Shown here piece by piece: positions 12,020-23,612 of a DNA stretch of 64,000 nt. The notes under the pieces are model-generated. The model did not search any database. It had not been told where the DNA came from and was given only the letters and a program-made list of their open reading frames with translations. The number at the start of each line of letters is the position of its first letter. The first letter of the stretch is position 1. This stretch comes from Enoplolaimus lenunculus (Eukaryota). The position numbers and the translations under genes were made by a program. Location: positions 310,001 through 374,000 of the forward strand of contig JASANG010000443.1 of the NCBI GenBank assembly GCA_030248215.1, read 5' to 3'.

Positions 12020-12083
12020 GGGTGCTCTCCTCCTTTAACTGGCTTGAGACAGTCAGAACTAGTGTTCTGGCGGAGTTCCACCC
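12020..12083 (-). ncRNA. Predicted twister self-cleaving ribozyme (type P1, with P3 stem)
   Basis: Minus strand reads GGGUG GAA CUCC GCC AGAAC ACUA GUUCU G ACUG UCUCAAGC CAGU UAAA GGAG GA GAG CACCC. P1 GGGUG/CACCC, P2 CUCC/GGAG, P3 AGAAC/GUUCU, P4 ACUG/CAGU, pseudoknot T1 CUC/GAG, T2 GC/GC; catalytic A and G positions present. Hand alignment only. Confidence 0.85.
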
Positions 12084-12122
12084 GCTCCCCGTCCAGCCTC
12101 CCACTGCGGGCGCGTTGTCCAG

Positions 12123-13829
12123 TTAAGCACAGTCGTTGCACGTTATGGTGCGATTCATGTGGTCCTTGCACACTCGTTTTCCACATGACGAACAGCTCAA
12201 TCTCGTAGATTTGCGACAACTTGTGACCTGACATTTGGTCGGTTTACCAGATGTAGAAGGTTCGTTTCGCTTTTGAGGCAGCCCGTAAGCCATAAATGAA
12301 TCCTTTGATTTTGCGTAAATTTTTTCACTGCTGTAACGTTTGGTCATATTGTCTTGCGCTAGTTGTTCGGCTACTTTTTTCATGAAAACATTGCGTGACT
12401 TTTGATATCCGTTCAGTTTCATGACAATGAATGCGTTGTGCAACGCAATATCAATCATATTGAAAAAGCAGACTAGAGGATAACGATTCGTTTTGCGTTT
12501 GCAGGTAAAATCATCAATGCAAGAGTCCATTACATCAACCCCGCCTTTTCCCAAATTATAATCCAAGATAACTGCTGGTTTTTTGTCCTCTCTGCTGGTG
12601 CAAACTTCGTTTTTCACATGAACTGAACTTAGTAATAGCACATTTTTATTTTTCTTTGGACAATAAGACGCCAACATTATGCGGTTATTGTGGTCCCATA
12701 AAAATCGGGTGCTATAGACCTCTTGTTCTTTTGTTGACTTTAGCACCGGAGGTACGCTGCGGCGATTTGCCATTATTGTGCCTGTGCACGTTAGCCCACT
12801 TTGTAATAGGTCCACAGCCAATTCATGGGATGTGAAATAGCGGTCCATGAAAATGTTTCGCTGAGTGTTACAGTATGGTTGAATAAGATCCATTACGATG
12901 CGTTTAGCAAGCCCTACGGCCCGTTCGCCTTCACGCCCTGTATAAATATTTCCTTTTAGGGCATATCCATTCCGAGCATCGCAAAGCCAGAATATTTTTA
13001 CGCCGTACTTAGCAGGTTTCGCCGGCAGGTACGCTCGCCCCGGTGCATATCCTCTATACCCGTAGAGCTGTTCATCTACTGTAAGTGATTCGGACGGTAT
13101 ATAATGAAGACGTAAGTTGGACTGAAATAGGTCCCAAACATCTCGTATAGCAGCCATTTTGTCACTTTTTTGACGCTCCCGGCGAGTCAGTTTGTTGTCG
13201 AATGTTACATTTTCCAGCAACTGTTTCATTCTGTTTTTTGACAGCGCGCAGCGGTAAAAGGGCCTGCTGTCGTTTTTGGTGAATAGTGAAGCCACTGGAG
13301 ACATGTTATCGCGATCTGCACCAGCTCTGATTACCACCCCAAGCCAAGCTTTCAGCTCGCACATTGGTAGCGTTGAAAAATTGCGCGCCCGCAGTCGCCT
13401 ACTAGTGAGACGCTGAATTGTATGTAAAATGGGCTCGTTTATATAAAGATAAAATGGTTGTGACTCTGTTGTAGGGTTTACTGCAGTGCCTTCGCGAAAG
13501 CGAATTATATTTCTAGCTAACACACGGACAGGCGGTGTTGTAGAATGCCACTCAACACCCGTCGCTGACAAAAACACATTACTTCCACTAGAAGTCTCGT
13601 CCATATCGCTCAACTCACTACTAGATGCGTCCGATTGTTTTTGTAATTCACCATCACTATCTTGCTCATAAATAGCAGCCTCTTCACTACTGCATTGACC
13701 TAACTCAACTGATTCTGAGTCGTCATTTGAACTATTGTCGTACGGTTTGTCATCTTCTGTCTCTGAATCACTTGGTTCTAATACACGTCGTACGACTTCA
13801 GTCAAAGATAATTTATGCAAACCTGACAT
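12123..13829 (-). CDS. piggyBac transposase (PGBD family), 568 aa
   Basis: Acidic Ser-rich N-terminus; catalytic Asp motifs TVDEQL, MDRYF and GGVDVMD; KPAKYGVK motif; C-terminal Cys-rich domain CQVTSC...CSSCGKRVCKDH...CNDC; no stops or frameshifts. Confidence 0.95.
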   Translation of the reverse strand: MSGLHKLSLTEVVRRVLEPSDSETEDDKPYDNSSNDDSESVELGQCSSEEAAIYEQDSDGELQKQSDASSSELSDMDETSSGSNVFLSATGVEWHSTTPPVRVLARNIIRFREGTAVNPTTESQPFYLYINEPILHTIQRLTSRRLRARNFSTLPMCELKAWLGVVIRAGADRDNMSPVASLFTKNDSRPFYRCALSKNRMKQLLENVTFDNKLTRRERQKSDKMAAIRDVWDLFQSNLRLHYIPSESLTVDEQLYGYRGYAPGRAYLPAKPAKYGVKIFWLCDARNGYALKGNIYTGREGERAVGLAKRIVMDLIQPYCNTQRNIFMDRYFTSHELAVDLLQSGLTCTGTIMANRRSVPPVLKSTKEQEVYSTRFLWDHNNRIMLASYCPKKNKNVLLLSSVHVKNEVCTSREDKKPAVILDYNLGKGGVDVMDSCIDDFTCKRKTNRYPLVCFFNMIDIALHNAFIVMKLNGYQKSRNVFMKKVAEQLAQDNMTKRYSSEKIYAKSKDSFMAYGLPQKRNEPSTSGKPTKCQVTSCRKSTRLSCSSCGKRVCKDHMNRTITCNDCA

Positions 13830-15948
13830 TTCCCTGACTTTACCTCACCATACAAAACCGTGTGTAAGAACAAAACGTTCCAATTCTTGTCAAAACTCAA
13901 ACTATGATCAAATCAACATCTGTCTACATATGTAGACGGTCGGGTTATATAGGTATATGACTCACTGTACAGCAAACTTTTGTTCCCACAATGCTATAAG
14001 TTTTTTATACTACTATAACAGAATAATTATCGATGGAAATTAAACAATAGATTCTAAACTATAGCACCTGCCGAACAATCAATTGTCGAACTGGTTATGT
14101 CTACATATGTAGACTGTCGGGCCATTGAGGGTTAAGCTTACTCTATTCTGGGCCCACAGAAAAACGTTCCGCCCCTGATTTTTATGGGCCGAACTTTGTG
14201 ATGAATTGATAAAATGGCCCATGCTACTTTAAGGGGCGTCCAGGTTTCGGATGGGTCCATAAAAGAGTAGGTTTTGATTCTAGACTACATTTTTGCTTAG
14301 GGTTAGGATTAGGCTGCACTCATTTTTGCAACGCCATGTCTAACCATCATTTTTACTACATAAATTTCACCTCACCTCCGTCTCCGGCAAGTTTCGTTGA
14401 CCTCCGGCTCCGGTATTTTTCACCTCCGGTTGCACCCTGGCAACTAGCGACTTCTACAAATGACAGTAACATCACATATTGCTCAACAATTTGATATGCT
14501 TCGATCCCTTGAGTCACTAAAAGTTATTTTATCAATAAGAATCAGCGCAAGCAGCTCAGAAAACCACACACAAACTCAAAAAGTTTATATAAAAAATTTA
14601 CAAACTTCCTTACAAATTTTAACCAACTTGATAATTAATGCATATTATTCATAAACCGTGGCATTAACCCATTAGTACACAGTGTGTGAACACCAATGTT
14701 ACTTTAGCATAAACCTAAGCGTTAATAGGACTATAACCCATACACAAGTCTAAACCAGACGCGTAAAGATTTGCCTGAATGTAACGTTCACTATACAGCA
14801 TCCACACGAAAAACAAACGCATCCAAAGGTTTGCGAGCTCCTAACTTTCGAAAAATCATTTGTAAGTACAGCATAAACCCTATTAGCTATTTTGACATAA
14901 CACAAAAGTACTTCGAATCCTATTTAATAAAAGCTGACATGTCCACGACTCGTAAGTGACCCATGTTACTTTTAGGGCCGCCCCAGTTTCTGTTGAGTCT
15001 GTAAAAGAATATCTTACATTATAAACTACATTTTTTGCTTAGGCTTTGGCTTAGGCAGGCTTAGGAATACGTTTCTGCAACGCTTAGGCTTAGACATACG
15101 CTTAATCTGCTGTTACTGCCCTAAAAGTAACATTTGCCATCTTAGTTACTCCACATTGAACCAAGTATTCAATGATGCTACGATTTCATTACAAAAACCA
15201 CAACAATAAGAGCAGGTTCACAACCATTCATTCATAAATACAAAAATCACACCATTTTAACGATACTTGGATATTAAAAAATAATATACACCAAGATCTT
15301 ATACGAAGAATCACAAAAAATAGAAAGACTAATAAAAATAAAAACACATACAAAACAAACAGCAAAATAATGCAAAAATGTCAATATATTTTCAAAATAA
15401 ACACAACAAAATAAAATCCCTTCTTTTAGTTCTGAGGAGCGACCGGATATCAATTTGCCGGACTTAATTTTTACCGAAACCGGATCTTAGCCGGATATAA
15501 CATTGGAATTTGTGCACTGTTGGAAGCAGCTGAGTTCACAAAAGAATAAGTTTTCTCAATTAAAAATTCATTGTTAGCTTGGACATTTTATTTTTGACTT
15601 CAGTTTGAAAAACCCTGAACTTCTTAACTTGCCCGGAAATGCAATCGCAGCAAGGTGATAAAATGTACACATGCAGAAAGCGTTTAATGATCTTAAGACC
15701 GCAACCGTAATCATCCGGTATTCTGTAGGTTTATGCCGGATACCAGAACCGAATATGGATATTGTATTTTTGCCGGATACTAAAACCAGATATCCGGTAA
15801 ATACCTGCTGAACAGTCTTGTAACTACAATAATCTGAGTTCCTCAAATAAAAAATTATCAAATTAAAGTATATAAATTAGAGAAACTGTGACTGGAATCA
15901 TTGCACCAAAAATCAAACTACCAGAATGTCTCGTCCAATTGCGCTACA

Positions 15949-18900
15949 TCAAAGTCCCACGCTACTCCTGTGAATTTTCATATTTTTTCTTCGTTTTCGT
16001 CCAGGCGGCTTCCAGTCTAGTGGCACCAAGTGTCCGGCTCCATGACCACACACGGATGGGTTATAGGGTTCGTGTTTTGTTCGAATCAGTGTAAAACTGT
16101 CGATTATTGTACCATTCTGAAATGAAAAATACGCACAACGTTACACAAAACATTCTGTAATTAAACGCAATAAAAAGATTAATTTTTAAACTGAAACGGA
16201 ACAAAATTTATCTTTACTTCTTAATAATTTCAAATAAAATAGCTCCATCAACGCTACTCTCTGGCATCATACCTGACCAAAAAATTACAAAAAGGCCAGC
16301 TGTACGTACCGAATTCGAGCTAGTCGCATAACTAAATATGGGAAGTTGCAAAGTTTGAACAAATTTTGTTAAAAAAATCTAACCAAATATCTCCGCCAAG
16401 AAGTTGACAAACCAGCAGTACCGTTATGCTGGGTTAACGACGTATATTATTTGATCAGAATCCAGGGTTATAGGTTGAGAAAAACAGTAACCGTTAGAAA
16501 ATTTCGTTTTAAATAACAGACCAAAATACAACTAAACTTTCCGCCAAATCAGCATAACAAACTTCAAATTGGTTTCAGAGCTCTCAACAAGAAACATAAA
16601 TTTCACTACGCTTTTATCACATAGTCACACTTTCTCAAATTAAATTAATACTGTCAATCGCAAAATGTACCTTATCATCGGAGACTTCTTCATAATAAAG
16701 ATGGGTCGTATTCAAAATTCTCATTCGTCCAAAACCATAATCAGAAGAGCGAAATGCGCTCCACGGCCCCGGGTGTGGCACAAACGGGTCGGTTTTCTCT
16801 TGGCATCCCTTAAAAAGTTTCAAAAAACAATAAATAGTGCACCATGACCGGTAGGAACAAAAATGCAATATTATAAAAGCAGTTACAGCAAGTGTGCAAT
16901 TACCGAAATTTGTGTGGTACAAAATATACCACCGGTCGTTGCATTTTTGGCCGTTCCCCCTTATTCAAATTGAGGGGGGTCGTTATCACATGAATACCCC
17001 TAAATCATAGTATAAGGAGAGCATGTTTGACGCCGCATACATAAAGTACCATGGTTCGCACCGGTTGTACCCGCCTCTGAATATAGGGGGGTTGGTCAAA
17101 AACGCAACGCATGCCGGGTACATTCTTTTCAACTAGAGTGTACTCAGTTGCACACTCTTGTAAAAAGTCATTATCGAATCTTGGTTATAGCAGTCTAAAT
17201 TCTAAAATAACTTACCGCTGCACCGGCTACAATATGAACAGGGGCACATGGGTCAACATATGGATTCGAAGAACCATTAAAAACCTGAAACTAATATAGT
17301 TGTAGACTCTGATTCACGGATATGCGCAATTGAAAAGACAGATAGCAGAAATTGATCGGATATCAATTTTGAGCAATTTTTCCGGAACCGGACGTCATCC
17401 GGATATTAGAACTAAATATGTGCACTGTTGCTGGGTATTTGAGTGGTACAAAAATACATGTTTACGAATTGTTGGCTGCGATTTTTCATTCCAGGACAGT
17501 GTCATTTCTTAAGTTTCCTGAAAATGCACAAATAGATACGTATTTGTATTTGATGGCTATATCGCCAAGGCAATAACAAAGATTAAACAGATTTGTCAAT
17601 TAAGACATCCATTAAATCGGTATCAGTTCTCATATAAAGTTACTTGTATGTCGCTATGTTTGCACTTACCACGCGCAACCTAATGTTACGCCTTTGCTTC
17701 AACTACTCTGTCGCTGTTTAACACTACCGTATTTTGGCCAAAAACCCGAAAAAATGTTCTGAAAATCTCTTATAACAGAGTTTTAAAATTAAATAAAGCA
17801 TATCGAAACTCGCCGCCGGACATTAGACAAAATCTTTAAAAGCTAAATTTCAAACATATATGTACCATAACAAACAAACAATAAATAAATAAATAAATGA
17901 AAACTAAATAAAGGCACAAACAACCAATTCTGCGTACCGTTCGATTGTAAAGGGGCCACATGCGCTCATACGAATGCTCATGAGCCCAAAGTTCCAAATC
18001 GACCCCATACTTGTAAAACAATTCTTCAAGACCATACGCATGAATATAAGGCAGACCTCCGCGGATCTAAAACCCGATAGAAATATTTGAATTGACGTAA
18101 GTTATGTACTACATTGCAAATAATTAGAGAGCGTCATAACACACATTTTGCATCAAAATTTGACCAATTATTTACCCTCCTGCCAAATAGTACATACCCC
18201 AGGCTTCAGCTCAAAATTCAGTGCAAATACCTAGTTTATGCACCCTCCTTGGCACAGAAATAAGCCACGAGACCCTGACTGTTGCACAAACTGTTAGCAC
18301 TAGCAATATTTTTCCATTTTAAAAAGTTCAAAGTACTGTTAACATTGACTTATGAACGAGAGTGCAAAACAAACGTTTGCAACTCCTGTAATTATAATGC
18401 ATTGGTATACCACCACATTAAATCAACCTGCAATTATTTTTCCATTTACTTTCCTACCAAACAATGCTTAAAATCATTAAAAATGCGCACCGTATAGAAG
18501 TGACAACATTCTAGCAAAAACTTAAATTCATTTACCACACTTTCAAACTTGGTACAGTCGTCTTGGTCTGCGTCAGAACAATACATTGGTCGATGAGCCA
18601 TTGTTACAATCCATGGAACTTTGGCACGATTCGCGTTTGCTTTCTAAACAAAATGACGTAACAACAAAATGAAGTAATATTTTATAATAGACAGGCAATG
18701 ACGACACCATTAAAATACAATGCCACAACCGTCGACAGAATTTTGGTAATGAGATTAATGAGTATCTGTACCACCATTAAAATTATTGCAATCAATGCAT
18801 TAACTGCATACCTTCAAATCGTCGATAAGCCACTGATACTGTGTCGCAATTTGAGCCCATCCGTAATTGACATAGAAATAAAATTCTGTGCTAAAAGCGA

Positions 18901-21900
18901 TAAAATGCACAGGACCGAGATCAAAGCTGAAATCAAAATAAACCACGGTGAAGAAAGCTATATATCCGAGTTCGTTTCCTGCAGAAACAGTAGGGCTCAA
19001 ATCCCACCGCCACTGAAATATCCAGCCACGCTAAAGTTGCTCTACAACGGCTCTATATAGAGTATGTTTGATGCCACAATTAGATACTTAGCGTAAAGTG
19101 TTCAGAATTTTCTAGGCGTTACTGTTCAGCGATTCAAAAACTGTCCAAGCAAGATAACCAAATACTCACGTGTTGAAAAAATACACATTTTCCTTTATAT
19201 GCCATACATTTCGAAACACTAACATGCCTCTATATAATATACATACTGTATCTACCTATGTATATTAAAATTTCATAACGTGTGGGTTTCCCTAAGCTGA
19301 TTGCGTAACAGATGTATTATTAGTACATCGCATTTTAAGCTATTTTAACATCAAATAATGCTGTCCTAACGTAGACAATATTTACAACCTGGTGTAATGT
19401 CTTTGACAACATAAAGCGACTTGGCAAAGATACGAAGATGATAGAAAAGCCGCATATGTATTTAACAAGCTAGGTTATCATTTTTTCAAACAGAGTAAAC
19501 AAAGCTAAGGTCTTAAGCACCTGCTGCGATCTAAAATTTTGTATTTTATTTACGTATATTTCCGCTCTGCAGTCACTAAATAATATACATTACACACCAA
19601 CAGTTCCATCCTTAATTGACTTACCTATAAAACAAGTTTGCAACACCACCAGGCATTGTGAATCGGTTAACGTAGTTGGAAAAATTACTAAAACAATACA
19701 AAAAACAACTAAAATAACTTGCTAATACCAAAAAGACAATATAGAAACAATAAACACAAAAACATACAAAACAATAAACCCCGCAACAATGTTGCAGTAA
19801 GCGCCTAATCAAATTCTTTCACCAGCCGTATTTCTAGTTCAATAAACGCTCTTACCGGCTTTAACGGAGACTAAGTAAGACTACAGACAGCCCTGCTCTA
19901 CTGAATAACACATAGCCAAACATTATGCATTTACCGTCTTAGATTAACAATCTGATTAATGTAACTAAATTAGAAACTTAGTATCAACGCCCTTGCACCA
20001 AACTACAAACATTCTTAACAGCATATAGCAACTATCATCAGTTCGCAACAGATATTATGACTTTTGAACCATTTACCCATAATTCAAATTTAACAGACTT
20101 AACTATTATAAGCTACGTATCATACTATCATACCGCAATGGCAACAATCTTACCCGGTTAGCGCAGTACATTTGCCTAATTCTACTAAACCTATTGCGAA
20201 CTGATGAAGCTGCTATATCAATTTGCGAATACCAATCAAGAAATATGATACGTATATATGCTAGACGTACTAGGCATTTTCGTGATTACCAACAACAGTC
20301 ATATACGGCACATATGCAGCGATTGGTTCGATTTGCCTCAAAAACTGATCCCCATATTTTGCGTCATTCTGAAAAGTACTACTCATTAACCAGGGGGCAA
20401 TCTCAAACATCCCTTCGGTTTTCAAGCTCACCAAGTATTAGCTACAAACCACCGTAATAGTGATTTTGAAACACATTTTTATTTTGAAGATTTCTGCATC
20501 ATACATACAAGTTACCGACTACAAGTTGTGTTAATAACATGAATAAACAAATAGTTATATCATATAATCTAGAAATCGATTATTGACTCATCCACACTCA
20601 AGCTTAAAATCATAACGTCACCTAAAACAAAGCAATGATTGGCAAAAACTTTTTAAAATTGGGAGTAAATAACCTTTACACTAAAATCCTAGAACTTACC
20701 TCGTCCAAAAATTTCATATAAATCCAATCCTAATACTAAGGCAGACCATCAAGTGATAAGGCAGATTGAATCTTGTCCGCACGTTAGTATTATTTATCTT
20801 GATCTTCACCTTAAATTCCTATAACTTACCGTATCTAAATTATACGCCATATCTCCAACATGCAACACCATATCAAAATGTCCCAGTTGAGCTTCGGTTT
20901 GCAGTCGCCCTAGTGATTGAGCATTAACATTACCCATATCGCCGTACAGTGCGAACCTTGGCTGCCACGACTGGGTAGACGGATACGCCGTGAAATAAAA
21001 TATCACACTCCAGCCATAATCGCTACCAACACGATAAACTGAAACATATAGCGTAGCTTTTAAATACACCAAAATTCATACTGAGGGGTTTATATTGCTT
21101 ATCAGATCAAAATCCGAAACATTGACCACTAATTACGTTTTGACTCAAAGCCTCAAAATATGATTATACTGAAGTTACTTTACAAATACGTAGCTAACGC
21201 AGAAGGATTCGTTACTTTTGCGGTAAGACGCTGCCTGTTATCTAAAATTCAATTGCTAGTCTCAACAGAATGTTTAACGAATAATACACTGAAATAATTG
21301 TTGGTAGTATTTTGGAAAAGCTTAGCTACGCTAGACCACTTTCAAAACAATTCACGTACAGAATGGTGTCGTCATAGCTTCAACGCAAAATACGTTTTTG
21401 AAATTTGCATACAAAAAAGCTTTCTTAACAATCTTGGCGAAGTAAATTCAAAATACCGTAAAATTATGGATAACTTACTATACGTCTGGCTAGCAGTCAG
21501 ATTTGTCAACAAGACACGATGAATATACAGTGTTCGCTTCGCTGAACCTCCGTCAACAAACTTTGTCATTGTGCCATTTGTTCGATTTCTACGGAAACAC
21601 AAACAAATACAAATAGGTTAGAGCAAGCTAAGCAATAAACCATGTGTAACCTAAACTGAAATAACACTACGTTCACATTTTAAAATTTATAAGTGTCAAT
21701 GATTCCAACCATCTTGATTAAATATACTTATATACTCCAGCAATTTCAATTGATAAACAAACTTACTTACATATAAGCTGAGCAGTATAAAGGTGGGGCC
21801 TGGGGCCCAGTATCAGTCCAAGGTCCAAGCTTATTCGAATTGAAACTTGTTTGTATATACGTATATGCGACAATCAAATTTAAGGTTTGCTATTATAAGT

Positions 21901-22605
21901 CGCTTAAACTTAATGCCTTTAATATTTTATGGAGTGATTTTGAATTAATATTGCTGAACTTGGGGTGTTGAAAAATATTTAAACGTAAGTAAACCGGCTC
22001 CGGTATCCGACTAAAGCGCCAGATGGATCCGGTCGAATTCATACACAAATCGTGCATACTTTCATTCGAATAACTGGCAGACACTTACGTTAACTTTTTA
22101 ATGCCATAGTCAACAAAACTGTTCGTTGTATTATCAAATGTCACCCATGTCACGTACATTAGAGAAGGATCACCTGAACAAAACAAATTTGCTAGTACGT
22201 AACATGACCAATTTAAATATAGTGACTTCCAAAACAAAAGCTCTAGTGGTTGAAAAAATCGCCGTAAAATGTCTAGAATTTGCCTTTAACAAAACTGTTA
22301 TTCGAAATGTCGCAATAAAATTGTTTTAGAATCACAAAGAATCCTAGACAAAATAAGCTTCATACATAACGATAAGATATATATATAGTGCTGTAACAGC
22401 CGCACTGAAATCCAGTGCGCCTATACACTATTGTCCATAGCAAATTATCTAATACAGTGCAGTTAATCTTTTCAGTCTCATATAGAAATGAACCCACTCA
22501 ACCTGCATATGAGAGATGAACTTGCTCCGGTTGTAAATACGATTGTCCCGTTACCAAACACACTGCAACAGTTGTAGCGATCGTAAAAAGAAAAAATAAA
22601 CGCAT
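15949..22605 (-). CDS. ACP7: Purple acid phosphatase (ACP7/PAPL-like), 12 coding exons, 464 aa, secreted
   Basis: Exons with GT-AG boundaries and matching phases: 22503-22605, 22089-22173, 21479-21588, 20830-21038, 20271-20368, 19625-19687, 18812-18926, 18536-18643, 17938-18066, 17216-17284, 16671-16808, 15949-16116 (1395 nt). Signal peptide MRLFFLFTIATTVAVCLVTG; QPEQVHLS; all five metal-ligand blocks present (GDMG, GDMAY, GNHE, TMAHRPMY, AHEH). Confidence 0.93.
16925..17130. repeat. Dispersed repeat (probable MITE) in an ACP7 intron; inverted relative at ~54630-54850
   Basis: Shared blocks GCATGCCGGGTACATTCTTTTC and GGTTCGCAC(C/A)GGTT(G/A)TAC in both copies; boundaries approximate. Confidence 0.5.
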
Positions 22606-23540
22606 TTTAATTCTAGATATTTTTTAAATAAGTATACGTATACTTTACGACGGGAATATATGCCGAAATACCTAAAACCAGAAACGTGCGTTGTGCTGTA
22701 TAGGTCCATAACTATGTACGTATATATACATATAATATTAAATTAGGACTTGTTATGCATAATACATTACTTTTTCCGAGAAAAGTATAAAACCATACAC
22801 AATAAAACATAACGTTTTTCACTTAGCAGGGAGTTGGAATGCAATTAGTTTCACACGTCGGCGTATATTAGTGCGTCTGATCAGAAAACTGTTGTCTGTT
22901 GCGTTTGCATTTGAAAAAATTTCTTGAAATGAACACTTCTCGCAAATTTATCCGTTTATGGTTTCCTGCGTTTGAACCTTCGGGTTTATATTGTTGTTTA
23001 CGTAGTAATTCTATAAGTTTTTTAAGCAACGTGTATTAAAACTGCCATCGGGGTCGGCTCGGTATTAGCAAAAGTAAAAATAAAAATCGGTTTAGGCAAT
23101 AATTTTGGTATATACGTATCAGCACATCACTATGGCACACTCAAGTATATATACTGTTTGTAAGCCCAGAGTATATATATGACGACCTTCTCAAACTATT
23201 CAAGAATTCGTAATACATTACCTTATTGCGCAATAAACCAAAAAGAAATGAACTTTGAAAATAATGATGGGTTTAATTCCATACCAAAATTTTTGCTCAG
23301 CCGCTTATTATGCAATGCAATATATTGCATCTGTTTTTCATTGAAAAGTGCGTAAAATAAGAATATGCGAGAAGAATGCCAAATTTATCGGTACTGGCCA
23401 CGCGTTAGCATGCGAAGCAAAATGTTTATATACATGTAGCACATAACTGTGGTCAATGTTTTTCTGCTAACTGTAAGGTTGTGCGGCCTTATGTGCAATG
23501 TATGTAAGTGTTATGTTAGTGCGAAGTAGTTGAAACACTG

Positions 23541-23612
23541 GACCACGACTGAATTCGAACCAGTGACCTTTCACTAACCGAACCAACGCTCTCACCATAT
23601 GAGCAATCGCGG
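23541..23612 (-). pseudogene. Degenerate tRNA-like sequence (pseudo-tRNA or SINE head)
   Basis: GCCGCGA-TT-GCTC ATATGGTGA GAGC (D arm/A box) ... ACTGG TTCGAAT TCAGT (T arm/B box)-CGTGGT. The anticodon arm does not pair and the acceptor stem is 1 nt short. Confidence 0.55.

Larger units (their letters stand above)
11929..14131 (-). mobile_element. Full-length piggyBac DNA transposon (2203 bp)
   Basis: TTAA TSD at 11925-11928 and 14132-14135; TIRs CCCTCAACGGCCCGGCA and (revcomp) CCCTCAATGGCCCGACA (15/17 identical); subterminal palindrome GTCTACATATGTAGAC three times; single intact transposase ORF. Confidence 0.95.
11773..14190. mobile_element. TTAGGC-bearing Merlin-like MITE interrupted by the piggyBac insertion
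   Basis: GGCC ends with exact 8-bp TSD GAACTTTG. Removing 11929-14135 restores AAAGCTTAAGCTTACTCTATT, as seen uninterrupted at ~47647-47667. Confidence 0.75.

Noticed and set aside
12001..12234. 77-aa overlapping ORF or stop read-through at the transposase 3' end
   Set aside because: It is in a different frame from the transposase, whose Cys-rich domain is already complete; the GC-rich RNA structure explains the lack of stops.
20200..20240. CTGATGA hammerhead-core-like motif in an ACP7 intron
   Set aside because: No stem II followed by GAAA and no stem I/III pairing found.
22606..22614. AG just upstream of the ATG (also 52581-52582 for FAM43-like) as a trans-splice acceptor
   Set aside because: Weak pyrimidine tracts, and it cannot be told apart from a 5' UTR intron or chance without transcript data.
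23541..23612. Functional tRNA gene
   Set aside because: The anticodon stem does not pair and the acceptor stem is 1 nt short; kept only as tRNA-like.
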